Assembly: GCA_050951325.1 (NCBI GenBank)
Contig: JBMNIW010000012.1
Span: 608,001-672,000, forward strand
Length of the DNA stretch: 64,000 nucleotides
From: Clostridia bacterium
GTDB lineage: Bacteria > Bacillota > Clostridia > UBA1212 > DUPL01
Direction of reading: 5' to 3'
Below are positions 49,026 to 59,555 of this stretch, piece by piece (positions within the stretch are counted from its first letter, which is position 1; each line of letters starts with the position of its first letter). The notes under the pieces are model-generated. The model worked only from the letters and a program-made list of their open reading frames with translations, made no database searches and had not been told where the DNA came from. Position numbers and translations under genes: made by a program.

Positions 49026-50008
49026 GCTTTTCTCTCCTTTAGTATTAAGTAAATAAAGTAAATTCCTCCTGCAAAATTAATAAGGACACTAATCGGTGCG
49101 CTGAACTTGAAAACTCTTTCGGTAAGATACATGGCTGATACCAAAAGAGTTGAACTTGTTAGAAACGCCATTGCAATCCTTGCTGTGTGCTTGTATGTAG
49201 TGGTCACCTTTCTGGTGATGCTGACAACAAGTATGCCTAAAAAGGTAATTGGTCCTACAAGAGCTGTTGATATAGAAACCAGCACCGCTGTGACCATCAA
49301 ATTTTTAAGTACCACCCTGCGATAGTTAACTCCCAAGTTGACCGCATGCTCTTGACCTAGTGATACCACATCAAGGTAAGGGTTATCCCTGACTGTCAGA
49401 AGCATTGTTACAGTAACTAGAATAGCACTTACTTGGAGCAAATTTTGGTTTACGTTATTAAAGCTTGCAAACATCTTGTTTTGCAGTATAGAGAATTCAT
49501 GAGGATCCAATAGAACCTGCATAAAAGATGACAAGCCGCCAAACAAGGAGCCAATAACTGTACCGGTAAGAAGAAGGAAGTAAATGTTTTTCTCCCTTCC
49601 TCGGAACAATATTAGAAACAAGCCAAACGAGCAAATAATCATAACAAAAACGGAGACAAAGAAATTTGTGTATCCGCTCATCATGGCAATCTTCTTCTGA
49701 CCTGAAAACATGACAATAACTGTTTGGATAAACAGGTACAAAGCATCAAAACCCATGATGGATGGCGTCAGCAGTCTGTTATTGGTTATTGTTTGGAAGG
49801 TTACCGATGAATAACTAACACAGTATCCCACCAACAAGACCGCTGCAATCTTGCTAAGACGCCTGGGAAAGAAGAAATATGCATTCTTTGTTGTCAGGCC
49901 TTGGAACAAAAACAAGCTGCCTGTCAAGAGAAGCACGAATGTAAAAAACGCTGCTATTGCAATTGTTTTCTTGTGTTTTTTTATTACTTCCATGGCATAC
50001 CTAGGCAT
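49022..50008 (-). CDS. Siderophore ABC permease (YclO/FatC-like)
   Basis: FQTITNNRLLTPSIMG, TALVGPITFLG; start uncertain. Confidence 0.88.
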   Translation of the reverse strand: MPRYAMEVIKKHKKTIAIAAFFTFVLLLTGSLFLFQGLTTKNAYFFFPRRLSKIAAVLLVGYCVSYSSVTFQTITNNRLLTPSIMGFDALYLFIQTVIVMFSGQKKIAMMSGYTNFFVSVFVMIICSFGLFLILFRGREKNIYFLLLTGTVIGSLFGGLSSFMQVLLDPHEFSILQNKMFASFNNVNQNLLQVSAILVTVTMLLTVRDNPYLDVVSLGQEHAVNLGVNYRRVVLKNLMVTAVLVSISTALVGPITFLGILVVSITRKVTTTYKHTARIAMAFLTSSTLLVSAMYLTERVFKFSAPISVLINFAGGIYFIYLILKERKA

Positions 50009-50984
50009 TTTTGAACGCCTTTCCTTTCCTTGCAAATATCAATAATAAGAAAATGATGCTACCCAAAACACTGACTACCACGCTTATAGACACCTCATAG
50101 GGATATATGACAAGTCGCCCAACAATGTCGCATACAAGTAAGAACAATGCTCCCAAGGCTGCGGTGTCAAAAAGACAGTTTCTCAAGTTGTCACCTTTAT
50201 ATAGCGAAACTATGTTGGGGATTATCAGGCCGACGAAAGCAATGCTTCCGATGGTTATCACAATGGTTGTAGTGAGGAATGAGACTATTAAAAGACCCAA
50301 CAGTACGGTTTTTTTGTAATCCAGTCCAAGGTTTGTTGCAATACTTTCACCCATGCCAGCTATGGTAAATCTACCTGCGAACAGATATGCTATTACCACC
50401 ATTGGCATTCCTATATAAAGAAGTTCATACCGACCTTTAATAACCAGTGAGAAATTTCCCTGAAGCCACGAGGAAACATTCTGGATTATGTTGTACCTGT
50501 AGGAAATGAAAGTGGTAAGAGAACTTACGACACTTCCAAGCATTAGGCCTATCAGAGGCACCATAACTGCACTTTTATACTGCACTCTCTGAGTTATACT
50601 TATAAAAATTAGATTGCCCAAAAAAGCTATAATAAAAGCTACCAGAATTCTTAGCAATTTTGACTGCTCACCTGCAAGAAGGATTGCTATCAGGACTCCA
50701 AGCCTGGACCAGTCCATGGTTCCGGCTGTTGTTGGTGATACAAACTTGTTGCCGGTTATGGTCTGCATGAGCAGGCCTGAAATGCTGAGTCCTGCGCCTG
50801 TTATCAATATGCTCAATAGTCGAGGCAATCTGCTAATAAACAAGGTTTGCAGGTGATTGGCTTCTCCTTTGAGAACACCAATCCACGTAAAGCTTTTTGC
50901 ACCGATGCTTAGAGATATGAGGGATAAAACTATAATTAAAACTATTGTTATTGCTTTGGTTTTGGTTTTTGCAAAGTCTGTCAC
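50001..50984 (-). CDS. Siderophore ABC permease (YclN/FatD-like)
   Basis: SRLPR, NKFVSPTTAGT, WLQGNFS, GLIIPN. Confidence 0.9.
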   Translation of the reverse strand: MTDFAKTKTKAITIVLIIVLSLISLSIGAKSFTWIGVLKGEANHLQTLFISRLPRLLSILITGAGLSISGLLMQTITGNKFVSPTTAGTMDWSRLGVLIAILLAGEQSKLLRILVAFIIAFLGNLIFISITQRVQYKSAVMVPLIGLMLGSVVSSLTTFISYRYNIIQNVSSWLQGNFSLVIKGRYELLYIGMPMVVIAYLFAGRFTIAGMGESIATNLGLDYKKTVLLGLLIVSFLTTTIVITIGSIAFVGLIIPNIVSLYKGDNLRNCLFDTAALGALFLLVCDIVGRLVIYPYEVSISVVVSVLGSIIFLLLIFARKGKAFKNA

Positions 50985-51003
50985 GCTATCATCTCCATAT
51001 TCT

Positions 51004-51106
51004 AGTTAGCATATGCTAACTGATTTGGAATATTACCATGTGCTTTATATGCTGTCAATGCAATTCCGGAAATTTAATAATTGTAAAGAGTTAGACACAT
51101 CTAACT
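51004..51106 (-). promoter_or_regulatory. Promoter of iron-uptake operon flanked by two AGTTAG-N6-CTAACT operators
   Basis: Palindromes at 51004-51021 and 51089-51106; TTGACA (51053-58)-17-TAATAT (51030-35) on the minus strand. Confidence 0.75.
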
Positions 51107-51197
51107 TTTAGTCTTCATTTTGCTCAGACCAAATTGATTATTCACGGCAACAATAGTATAATCTTATCGCTTATCATGTTGGCAGGCAGGTGAGACC

Positions 51198-51878
51198 ATG
51201 GACAAACAGAAGTTGTTGCTAGTTGAAGATGATGAAACCATTGCACTGGGTCTTTCATACGCTCTTGAAAAACAGTTTGATGTAAAAGTATGCAGAAATG
51301 TAATGACGGCACTGGAGGAAATAAAGGGCATTGAATATGACATTGCACTAATTGACATTACTTTACCTGATGGTGCAGGTTATGAGGTCTGCAAGGCTAT
51401 AAAGGAAAAGTGGAATACCGGAATTATTTTTCTTACTGCAAGAGACGATGAAGCCAGTGTGGTGATGGGGCTTGACATTGGTGCGGATGATTATGTAACC
51501 AAGCCCTTTCGTCTAAGGGAGCTCATGTCCCGCATCAACAGTGTGCTGAGGAGACGCGGAGTAAAGGATACTGTTGACAATATTAAAAAGTATGGCAATG
51601 TTGTTGTGGACCTGAATCGCGGTGCAGTTTACAAAAATGGAAAAGAGGTTTTTCTCACTGCACAGGAGTACAAGCTTCTTTTGAAACTCATAACCAATGA
51701 AGGCATGGTAATGACCAGAAATAATCTGCTTGAGAGCATATGGGATATCTCGGGAGACTTTGTCAATGATAATACATTGACAGTGTATATAAAAAGGCTG
51801 AGAGAAAAAATAGAGGACGATCCTCAGAATCCTCAAATAATCAAAACGGTCCGAGGAAGAGGGTATATTATAGAATGA
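51198..51878 (+). CDS. OmpR-family response regulator
   Basis: LVEDD, DITLPD, FLTA, GADDYVTKPF, winged helix (TVYIKRLREKIE, TVRGRGY). Confidence 0.95.
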   Translation: MDKQKLLLVEDDETIALGLSYALEKQFDVKVCRNVMTALEEIKGIEYDIALIDITLPDGAGYEVCKAIKEKWNTGIIFLTARDDEASVVMGLDIGADDYVTKPFRLRELMSRINSVLRRRGVKDTVDNIKKYGNVVVDLNRGAVYKNGKEVFLTAQEYKLLLKLITNEGMVMTRNNLLESIWDISGDFVNDNTLTVYIKRLREKIEDDPQNPQIIKTVRGRGYIIE

Positions 51879-52879
51879 TGCTGAGAAATCCCGAGATTAA
51901 GAAGTTTATGATCATCCAATTACTTGTCTGCCTGGTTTTTGTATTAATCTCTTCACTCATGAATGCTGTAGCTGGATGGATGGTTCTTATAGTTACAATT
52001 ATCCTTAATGCCCTGTTTTTTGGATTTACATTTCTCAGATACCGCAAAATAAAAGAGCTGGTAATGTATATTAACCGAATTAGCAATGGTGAGTTTAGAT
52101 TGGATGTAAGGGACAATAAGGAAGGCGAGCTGAGCATCCTGAAAAACGAGATTTACAAGGTTACCGAAAAACTTACTGAGTACAACCAAAGATTGCAACA
52201 AGAAAAATTGTATTTGTCCCAGTCGCTGGCAGATATATCTCATCAATTGAAAACACCTCTTACATCGATGATTATTATGTGTGAGATACTAAATGACCCG
52301 GACCTGCCTCAAGATAAAAGAAAAGAGTTTGTTTCACAGATAATTGTTCAGTTGGAAAGAATCGACTGGCTTGTATCAACCATGCTGAAAATGTCCCGAT
52401 TGGATGCAGGGGTTGTTACAATGAAGAAAATGGACATTTATGTGTCTGATTTAGTTGAGAAAGCAAAATCTGCACTTATTGCACCCATGGAGTCGAAAGA
52501 GATTGAATTGGTCACGCAGTTTGCTTCCGAGGATAAATTAAAATGTGATTTTAACTGGACTTGTGAAGCGGTAATAAACATATTAAAGAACTGTATTGAG
52601 CACACTCCGCAAAAGGGAAGGATTGAAATAGATTACTCGGATAATCCTTTGTACCATGAGCTGACAATCAAGGATAACGGAGCGGGAATATCCAAAAAGG
52701 ATTTGCCGCATATCTTTACCAGGTTTTACCGTGGAGAAAATGCTTCTGCTGAAAGCACAGGCATCGGTCTTGCAATGGCAAAAAGCATAATAAACGCGCA
52801 GCACGGAAACATAATAGTAGAAAGCCAAAAGAACAAGGGGTGCAAATTCATGATACGTCTGTATAAAACCGTTGTGTGA
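51875..52879 (+). CDS. Intramembrane-sensing histidine kinase
   Basis: Two adjacent TMs, HAMP, DISHQLKTPLT, N box, DNGAG, GIGL. Confidence 0.93.
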   Translation: MMLRNPEIKKFMIIQLLVCLVFVLISSLMNAVAGWMVLIVTIILNALFFGFTFLRYRKIKELVMYINRISNGEFRLDVRDNKEGELSILKNEIYKVTEKLTEYNQRLQQEKLYLSQSLADISHQLKTPLTSMIIMCEILNDPDLPQDKRKEFVSQIIVQLERIDWLVSTMLKMSRLDAGVVTMKKMDIYVSDLVEKAKSALIAPMESKEIELVTQFASEDKLKCDFNWTCEAVINILKNCIEHTPQKGRIEIDYSDNPLYHELTIKDNGAGISKKDLPHIFTRFYRGENASAESTGIGLAMAKSIINAQHGNIIVESQKNKGCKFMIRLYKTVV

Positions 52880-52896
52880 CAAAATTGTAATAATTG

Positions 52897-52931
52897 CTGT
52901 CATTCAACTGTCACTTAAGTGCAATAAAATG
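52897..52931 (+). promoter_or_regulatory. OmpR-type direct repeat (CTGTCA-N5-CTGTCA) and -10 of ABC operon
   Basis: ctgtcattcaactgtcac (11-bp period) upstream of TAAAAT. Confidence 0.6.
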
Positions 52932-52963
52932 TACCCAGCAAATAAATCAAAAAGAGGTGCATT

Positions 52964-53659
52964 ATGGAGATTTTAAAAGTTGAAAATGTTACAAAGATAT
53001 ATGGTAAAGGGAACACAGCGGTAAAGGCTCTTGACAAAGTCTCCTTGTCAGTTGAAAAGGGAGAGTTTATTGCTGTGGTTGGCCCTTCAGGATCAGGAAA
53101 ATCCACGCTTCTTCATATAATTGGAGGTGTGGATAATCCCACATCAGGCAAAGTGTACATCAACAACACAGATGTATTTAGCCTAAATGAAAACAATCTG
53201 GCGATATTTAGAAGAAGAAACATAGGACTTGTATATCAGTTCTACAACCTGATACCAGTTCTAAATGTAGAAGAGAACATACTACTGCCCCTTCTGCTTG
53301 ACGGAAGGAAGGAAGACAGAAACCATTTGAACAATTTGCTCAGTACACTTAACTTATCCGACCGTACCAGACACCTGCCAAACCAGTTGTCCGGTGGCCA
53401 ACAGCAAAGGGTGTCCATAGGTCGGGCGCTGATAAACAACCCGGCACTTGTCCTGGCCGACGAACCAACAGGAAACCTTGACAGCAAAAATTCAGCGGAA
53501 ATAATTGAACTTTTGCAATACTACAATAAAACATATAATCAAACCCTGATTATAATTACTCACGATGAGCGTGTTGCGCTGCAGGCAGACAGAATAATCA
53601 GCATTGAAGACGGCCGCATCGTAAGCGATGAGAGGATTGTGCGGGGTGTTGAAAAATGA
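52964..53659 (+). CDS. ABC ATPase (LolD/MacB-like)
   Basis: GPSGSGKST, LSGGQQQR, LADEPTGNLD. Confidence 0.95.
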   Translation: MEILKVENVTKIYGKGNTAVKALDKVSLSVEKGEFIAVVGPSGSGKSTLLHIIGGVDNPTSGKVYINNTDVFSLNENNLAIFRRRNIGLVYQFYNLIPVLNVEENILLPLLLDGRKEDRNHLNNLLSTLNLSDRTRHLPNQLSGGQQQRVSIGRALINNPALVLADEPTGNLDSKNSAEIIELLQYYNKTYNQTLIIITHDERVALQADRIISIEDGRIVSDERIVRGVEK

Positions 53660-56253
53660 ATGTTGTAAAACGCATTACTCTTCAAGGTTTAAAAAAGAAC
53701 AGGACCAGGACGCTTGTTACGATAATAGGTGTCATACTGTCCCTTTCAATGATAACTGCGGTTACCACATTTATATCCAGCTTGCAGTCATATATGATTA
53801 ATCTGATAATTGAACAGGATGGCGACTGGCATGTTGGAATATATAGTGCACCACAAAGCGATCTGAGCAAAGTTAAAGAAAGCAGCGATGTGGACAGCTA
53901 CTCTGTGATGTGCAATATTGGATATGCATATCTGGACGGTGGGCTGAATGAATACAAGCCCTATCTGTTTCTTGTATCCTTCACCGAGGACACCTTTAAA
54001 TCGTTTCCGTTAAAAGTTATTGAAGGTCGTCTTCCCGAAAACGAAAGTGAAATTGTAATTCCCAGTCATATATACACCAATGGGGGTGTCAAGTTTGCTG
54101 TAGGGGACAGGATTACCCTGGACATAGGTCACAGAATGACACATGACGGATACAGACTTACTCAGTCCAATCCGTATATAAAACTGGAGGATTTGGAGGA
54201 AGAAGAATACCTGGATGTCTTTACTGCAAAGACTTATACTGTTGTCGGTATCTGTGAACGTCCTGGCTTTGAGAGGTATGTTTCTCCGGGATACACCGTC
54301 ATAACGTACAATGACAACCCGAGTCTGACAGACAATGAATTTGATTTGTTTTTCAAGGTCAAAAAACCATCAAAAGTATATGAAGTGGTTGGAGATTTAA
54401 AGCTTGAAGGAGATTTTGGCTATCATGGCGAGCTGCTCCGGTTCATGGGAGTGAGCTCCATAGGCAACCTGAATGCAGTTCTTTACAGTATTGGCTCAAT
54501 CTTGCTTGTGCTTATCATGACATGCTCCATCTCTCTCATATACAACTCTTTCTCAATATCAGTTAGTGAAAGAACGAGACAGTATGGACTTCTGTCCGGT
54601 GCTGGTGCTACTAAAAAACAGCTCAAGGCATCTGTATTTTATGAAGCTTTATACATAAGCGTTATCGGCATACCCCTAGGCATTCTGGCAGGTATTCTTG
54701 GAATTGGAGTTACTCTAAATCTTCTGGAAGATACCTTCAAGTCCATTGCCAGTGCAAACAGCACTGTACGTTTTACTCTGAGCGTTTCAGTGGCATCGAT
54801 TGCTGTAGCAGCCGTTGCAGGTATTATCACCATTCTTTTATCCGCCTACATTCCTGCAAGACGCTGTGCAAGGTTATCTGCAATGGACGCTATTCGTCAG
54901 GTGGCGGATATAAAGATGAAGCCGAGGAATGTAAAGACCTGGAGAATAACAAGGAAAGTTTTCGGTATTGAAGGGGATCTTGCCCTAAAGAACATCAAGA
55001 GAAACAAAAAAAGATACCGTTCCACTGTCATATCGCTCTTTGTCAGCATAGTTCTTTTCATATCAGCCTCGTCTTTGTCAAGCTACATGATTGACAGCGT
55101 GACAACAGTATACCAGAATCTGAATTACGACTTGTCCTACAGAACAGGGTTAAATGACAAGTTTGATGAGAAAACACAAGCCGTGTATGAAAGAATAACA
55201 AGACTTGGCAGCATCAAAAAGTCCAGTGTGATTAACAACATGTATGCTAGATTAACCCTGCCAAAGAGCAAGGTTGATGACGATTACTATAATCTCATAA
55301 AAAGTCATGGATTTCTGTCTGATGGGGACAATCTGGACATATTTATAAGCCTGTATTATTTGGATGATGTTACCTTCAAGGAATTCCTGAAGGAAATTGG
55401 TGAAAACCAGGCCCTGTATTTCGATGAAGAAAACCCTCGCTGTCTTGTCGTGGATCGTCAGCAATATTTTGACTATACCCAGGAGAGGATGATAGACCAA
55501 AACATCCTAAAGCAAGAGGTTGTGAAAGAAATTGATGTGACAATAGACAATGAGCAAGGGTATGAGCCTGTCAAACTGGCTATAGGAAAATATGTTTCTG
55601 ATACCCCTATAGGTATAAGACATTACAGCGACTACAACTCCATAACGGTAATGATTCCTCAATCCATAAAAGACAGCGTGTTTGCTGAATATAAGGATAT
55701 GTGGGATACTAACCTGACCATGTATTTTACGTCAGACAATCCTTTCAAGGCGGCCGAGGAGATTGCGGAAATACTGCTGGAAGAAGGGCTAAGCACATCC
55801 AAATTGTCCAACCATGCTGAAATACTGGCTAATACGAGAAACATAGTGACGATAATAAATGTGTTTGCCTATGGATTTATAATCCTCATATCCCTAATTA
55901 CCGTTGCCAATGTATTCAACACCATATCAACCAATATGGAGCTGCGTACGAGAGAGTTTGCCATGCTCCGTTCGGTAGGCATGACATCCAAAGGTTTTAG
56001 AAAAATGGTCAGCTTTGAGAGTGTCTTTTATGGACTCAAGGCCCTCATATACGGCTTGCCTGTAGCTGTTGGAATAACATACCTGATATATAAAAGCATG
56101 CTTCAGGGAGTGGATGTAAGGTTCTACATTCCTGCAACCAGCATGTGCATAACGGTGATAATGGTGTTTGTGGTTGTGTTTGCCACAATGACATACTCCA
56201 TGAACAAGTTGAAGAAAAAGAACATACTTGAGGGATTGAGAATAGAAAAATAA
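53656..56253 (+). CDS. FtsX/MacB-like ABC permease (duplicated)
   Basis: Two FtsX repeats (SERTRQYGLL.GAG; LRTREFAMLRSVG). Confidence 0.9.
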   Translation: MNVVKRITLQGLKKNRTRTLVTIIGVILSLSMITAVTTFISSLQSYMINLIIEQDGDWHVGIYSAPQSDLSKVKESSDVDSYSVMCNIGYAYLDGGLNEYKPYLFLVSFTEDTFKSFPLKVIEGRLPENESEIVIPSHIYTNGGVKFAVGDRITLDIGHRMTHDGYRLTQSNPYIKLEDLEEEEYLDVFTAKTYTVVGICERPGFERYVSPGYTVITYNDNPSLTDNEFDLFFKVKKPSKVYEVVGDLKLEGDFGYHGELLRFMGVSSIGNLNAVLYSIGSILLVLIMTCSISLIYNSFSISVSERTRQYGLLSGAGATKKQLKASVFYEALYISVIGIPLGILAGILGIGVTLNLLEDTFKSIASANSTVRFTLSVSVASIAVAAVAGIITILLSAYIPARRCARLSAMDAIRQVADIKMKPRNVKTWRITRKVFGIEGDLALKNIKRNKKRYRSTVISLFVSIVLFISASSLSSYMIDSVTTVYQNLNYDLSYRTGLNDKFDEKTQAVYERITRLGSIKKSSVINNMYARLTLPKSKVDDDYYNLIKSHGFLSDGDNLDIFISLYYLDDVTFKEFLKEIGENQALYFDEENPRCLVVDRQQYFDYTQERMIDQNILKQEVVKEIDVTIDNEQGYEPVKLAIGKYVSDTPIGIRHYSDYNSITVMIPQSIKDSVFAEYKDMWDTNLTMYFTSDNPFKAAEEIAEILLEEGLSTSKLSNHAEILANTRNIVTIINVFAYGFIILISLITVANVFNTISTNMELRTREFAMLRSVGMTSKGFRKMVSFESVFYGLKALIYGLPVAVGITYLIYKSMLQGVDVRFYIPATSMCITVIMVFVVVFATMTYSMNKLKKKNILEGLRIEK

Positions 56254-56278
56254 GGAATACCACCAAGTTTTTGTAAAA

Positions 56279-56321
56279 GAAAAAGCTTCGGGAAATATTG
56301 GCGGATATTTCCCGAAGCTTT
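56279..56321 (+). terminator. Long hairpin upstream of recA promoter
   Basis: aaagcttcgggaaatat...atatttcccgaagcttt, 17-bp perfect stem. Confidence 0.8.
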
Positions 56322-56330
56322 AATCCTATA

Positions 56331-56377
56331 TTGACACCTCCCTTTAATAAGTATAATATATAGAGGAACCTATGTTC
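56331..56377 (+). promoter_or_regulatory. recA promoter with LexA (Cheo) box
   Basis: TTGACA 56331, -10 at about 56352-59; GAAC-CTAT-GTTC at 56366-56377. Confidence 0.85.
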
Positions 56378-56406
56378 GAATAAAAGACTATGAGGGGATA
56401 AATGAC

Positions 56407-57486
56407 ATGGATGACAAAAAGGTAGATGAGAAGAAGGTAGCCGAAAGAAGAAAAGCATTGGAAAATGCTATTGCGCAAATAGACAGACAATACGGCAAAG
56501 GCGCTGTTATGAGACTAGGCGAGAATGTTCACATGAATATTGAGGTAATCCCCACTGGTGCATTAAGTCTGGACCTGGCGCTGGGTGTTGGCGGATTGCC
56601 AAGAGGCAGGATAGTCGAAATATATGGCCCTGAAGCGTCCGGCAAGACAACTGTAGCACTACATGTTATTGCTGAAGCTCAGAGGCTGGGTGGAGATGCC
56701 GCATTTATTGATGCTGAGCATGCATTGGACCCCGTGTATGCAAAAGCGTTGGGTGTGGACATAGACAACCTTATCGTATCCCAGCCGGATACAGGAGAAC
56801 AAGCTCTTGAGATTACTGAAGCTCTTGTTAGAAGTGGCGCTATTGACGTAATTGTCATCGACTCGGTGGCTGCTCTTGTTCCAAAAGCGGAAATTGACGG
56901 CGAGATGGGTGATGCCCATGTCGGACTTCAGGCAAGACTCATGTCCCAGGCTCTCAGAAAGCTTTCCGGCGTTATAAACAAATCAAAATGTATTGCAATA
57001 TTCATTAACCAGCTTCGTGAAAAGGTAGGAGTTATGTTTGGCAACCCTGAAACAACATCAGGAGGACGAGCTTTGAAGTTCTACTCATCCATAAGGCTTG
57101 ATGTAAGACGCGTGGAGGCACTCAAGAGTGGTACTGAAATAATTGGAAACAGGACCAAGGTGAAGGTGGTAAAGAACAAGGTTGCGCCACCTTTCAAGGA
57201 GACGGAATTTGACATAATTTATGGAGAAGGCATATCAAAAGAAGGCTGCATACTGGACGTGGCTGTTGAAAAAGACATTATCAAGAAGAGCGGCTCGTGG
57301 TTCTCATACGGAGATCAGCGCATCGGTCAGGGTAGAGAGAATGCAAAGGTTTTCTTGAGAGAGAATCCGGAAGTAACTTTGGAAATTGAAACAGCCATAC
57401 GCAAACTGGTTGAAGAGGAAAAGGAAAAGAAGCGCGCTCTGATGGAACCTGACAATCCGTTTGATCCGAAATCTACCAAAGGGTGA
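56407..57486 (+). CDS. recA: Recombinase A
   Basis: [36 protein letters not shown]. Confidence 0.99.
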   Translation: MDDKKVDEKKVAERRKALENAIAQIDRQYGKGAVMRLGENVHMNIEVIPTGALSLDLALGVGGLPRGRIVEIYGPEASGKTTVALHVIAEAQRLGGDAAFIDAEHALDPVYAKALGVDIDNLIVSQPDTGEQALEITEALVRSGAIDVIVIDSVAALVPKAEIDGEMGDAHVGLQARLMSQALRKLSGVINKSKCIAIFINQLREKVGVMFGNPETTSGGRALKFYSSIRLDVRRVEALKSGTEIIGNRTKVKVVKNKVAPPFKETEFDIIYGEGISKEGCILDVAVEKDIIKKSGSWFSYGDQRIGQGRENAKVFLRENPEVTLEIETAIRKLVEEEKEKKRALMEPDNPFDPKSTKG

Positions 57487-57494
57487 GACAAGCC

Positions 57495-58100
57495 GTGGAA
57501 AATGAAAACGGACTTTATGTCATCGAATGCAATAAAAATGACGATGGAAAATATTTTGTAACTTTCAGCAACGGAGAAACCGAAACTTTTAGCGAGGATG
57601 AGGTAATGGAACACTGTCTATATGATATCAGTGTTCCATTAAACTGTTCTTTTGAGGATCTTGTGATAAAAATAAAGAAAAGAAGAGCGTTAAAGTCAAT
57701 TGTTGGCTATGTTGCACGCACCCTGAGAACAGAAAGGGAAGTAAGGGAGAGGCTTTTGTTTTTAGGATATAACGACGCTGTTATTGAGGAAACCGTGGCC
57801 TATCTGAAAACCCAAGGGTATATTGACGATAGGGAATATGCCAGAAAGTATGTTAACACTTCACTAAAGACAAAAATTGAATCAAGAAAAATGTGCATGT
57901 ACAAACTTGTCCAGAAAGGCATATCGGATGATATTGCTGAAGAAGCAGTCAGGGTGATAGACGATAACGAGCAGATACAAAAACTTATGCAGAAGAAATC
58001 GGTAAGGCAAAAGGAAAAGTCAAAACTTAGAGGATATCTCTATTCAAAAGGGTTTAGTGTTGAAAGCATAAACCGTGTGCTGGGTGATGACACATATTAA
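57495..58100 (+). CDS. recX: Regulatory protein RecX
   Basis: RTEREVRERL, GYIDDREYA, L.QKGI, YLYSKGF; follows recA. Confidence 0.85.
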   Translation: MENENGLYVIECNKNDDGKYFVTFSNGETETFSEDEVMEHCLYDISVPLNCSFEDLVIKIKKRRALKSIVGYVARTLRTEREVRERLLFLGYNDAVIEETVAYLKTQGYIDDREYARKYVNTSLKTKIESRKMCMYKLVQKGISDDIAEEAVRVIDDNEQIQKLMQKKSVRQKEKSKLRGYLYSKGFSVESINRVLGDDTY

Positions 58101-58186
58101 ATATGGACAATTTGCTCAGAATGGTATAAAATAATTGGGTTAAAGACGCTGTTTAGTTTGCAGATTAGTTAGGAGTTTGTATATAG

Positions 58187-59509
58187 ATGAAAATAGGAAT
58201 GGTATCTCTAGGATGTGCAAAAAATCAGGTGGATGCTGAAATAATGCTGGGTCAGATTAAAAATAGGAATCATGAAATAGTGGTTGATCCAGATGAAGCG
58301 GAAGTAATTGTGGTAAACACCTGTGCTTTTATTGAAAGTGCCAGGGAAGAAGCAATAAATGCAATACTTGAAATGGCATCAAAAAAGACTACTGGAAGCC
58401 TTAAATACCTCATAGTTACAGGATGTCTTGCCCAAAGACATGCAGAAGACATAAAGAAATACATTCCCGAGGTTGATGGCATCATTGGTGTTGGTGGGTT
58501 TGACAAGATATGTGATTGCATTGATGAACTAGAGAATAAAGAAAAATTCATATACAACAAGCCGACACAACAGCTGGACTATTTAAACAGCACAAGAGTC
58601 CTGACTACACCCGCAGGTGTTGCATATCTGAAAATTGCAGAAGGCTGCGACAACAGGTGTGCGTATTGTGCCATACCTTCCATTAGAGGGCCTTTCAGGA
58701 GCAGGCCTCTTGAAGATTTGCTTAGGGAAGCCGAAAGCCTGGTGGAGATGGGTATCAAGGAAATCATATTGGTAGCCCAGGATAGTACAAGATACGGTCT
58801 TGATTTGTATGGGAAACCAAAGCTTTCGGAACTGCTTGTTGAGCTTGACAAAATTGAAAAGCTTAAGCTTGTCCGGGTTATGTATCTTTATCCTGATGAG
58901 ATAACCGCAGAACTCATAGATGTCATGAAGAAATGCGAAAAGGTGGCAAAGTATGTTGATCTTCCCCTTCAGCACATTAGCGACAAAATACTAAAAGCAA
59001 TGAATCGAAGGGGCTCAAGCACGGATATCAGGACGATAATCAGGGAGTTCAGGGAAGCAATACCTGAAGTGGTTATAAGAACATCATTGATTGTCGGTTT
59101 CCCAGGAGAGACCCGGAAAGAATTTGATGAGCTTTGTGATTTTGTAAAAGAAATGGAATTTGACAGAGTTGGTGTCTTTGCATATTCCAAGGAAGAGGGT
59201 ACAAAAGCCGCATCAATGCCAAATCAGGTTGGCAAGAAGGAAAAGACTGCAAGAGTAAACAAGCTCATGGAAATCCAAAGGGACATTTCCTATAAAAACA
59301 ACCTCAAAAGGGTTGGAAAAACATATGATGCAATTGTGGAAGGTGTTGCGGATGACGGCATATTCTATTACGGTAGAACATATGCTGAAGCACCTGAGAT
59401 AGACGGATACGTTTACTTCACTTCACCGGAACCTCTTGAATTTGGAGAGGTCGAAAAGGTAAAAATATTGGTTGCGGACAATTATGATTTGACCGGTGAG
59501 GTTGTTTGA
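58187..59509 (+). CDS. rimO: Ribosomal protein S12 methylthiotransferase
   Basis: SLGCAKNQVD, NTCAFI, AEGCDNRCAYC, APEIDG TRAM domain. Confidence 0.95.
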   Translation: MKIGMVSLGCAKNQVDAEIMLGQIKNRNHEIVVDPDEAEVIVVNTCAFIESAREEAINAILEMASKKTTGSLKYLIVTGCLAQRHAEDIKKYIPEVDGIIGVGGFDKICDCIDELENKEKFIYNKPTQQLDYLNSTRVLTTPAGVAYLKIAEGCDNRCAYCAIPSIRGPFRSRPLEDLLREAESLVEMGIKEIILVAQDSTRYGLDLYGKPKLSELLVELDKIEKLKLVRVMYLYPDEITAELIDVMKKCEKVAKYVDLPLQHISDKILKAMNRRGSSTDIRTIIREFREAIPEVVIRTSLIVGFPGETRKEFDELCDFVKEMEFDRVGVFAYSKEEGTKAASMPNQVGKKEKTARVNKLMEIQRDISYKNNLKRVGKTYDAIVEGVADDGIFYYGRTYAEAPEIDGYVYFTSPEPLEFGEVEKVKILVADNYDLTGEVV

Positions 59510-59555
59510 TATAGAATTAAGTTAAAACATTTACCAAAAGATAGGAAGGCTAAAA

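Noticed and set aside
56279-56321. 17-bp perfect inverted repeat as MITE or REP
   Set aside because: Single copy in the window, positioned as the terminator of the ABC operon.
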